Shown here one piece after another: positions 63,994 to 64,000 of a stretch of 64,000 bases of DNA. The DNA lies in contig JBAZTY010000003.1 of NCBI GenBank assembly GCA_041661685.1, positions 4,606-68,605 on the forward strand. The letters are read 5' to 3'. Positions within the stretch are counted from its first letter, which is position 1. Each line of letters begins with the position of its first letter. The position numbers and the translations under genes were made by a program. The notes below the pieces were generated by a model. That model did not search any database, was not told where the DNA came from, and was given only the letters and a program-made list of their open reading frames with translations. The DNA is from Patescibacteria group bacterium. Lineage in GTDB: Bacteria; Patescibacteriota; Patescibacteriia; Patescibacteriales; UBA12465.

Positions 63994-64000
63994 TATCAGA

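Overview
The gene content suggests a small-genome, monoderm-type bacterium resembling Candidate Phyla Radiation/Patescibacteria; this is inference only. By eye there are three compositional blocks; GC was not computed. (1) 1-7.6 kb is very AT-rich. It carries a tightly packed minus-strand operon: a tandem Dam-like methyltransferase, an HNH protein, a 62-aa ORF, a NucS-like nuclease and a DUF2779 nuclease. (2) ~7.7-15.8 kb is an integrated inovirus-like (filamentous phage) module in canonical order: gV-like, small TM proteins, major coat, g3p-like, g6p-like, Zot/pI ATPase. It also has an HUH Rep, hairpin ori candidates and a large serine recombinase whose ORF ends antisense inside tRNA-Ser(TGA). 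A 175-nt copy of the recombinase 3' end recurs beside tRNA-Ser(GGA) at 26.4 kb, next to a second AT-rich patch. (3) The rest is host-like: MATE pump, orphan SBP-SBP-histidine kinase operon, gatC/gatA, ligA, ybeY, FemAB, comFC and a T-box leader before thrS. It also holds a large type IV pilus locus (pilM/N/O, pilB, pilC, pilin, four minor pilins). Directly after that locus come three giant tail-fibre-like proteins sharing eight copies of a 51-aa module. The gatC-gatA spacer holds an odd tRNA-like element, a strong promoter and a 17-bp inverted repeat. All family calls are by-eye motif recognition; no searches were run.
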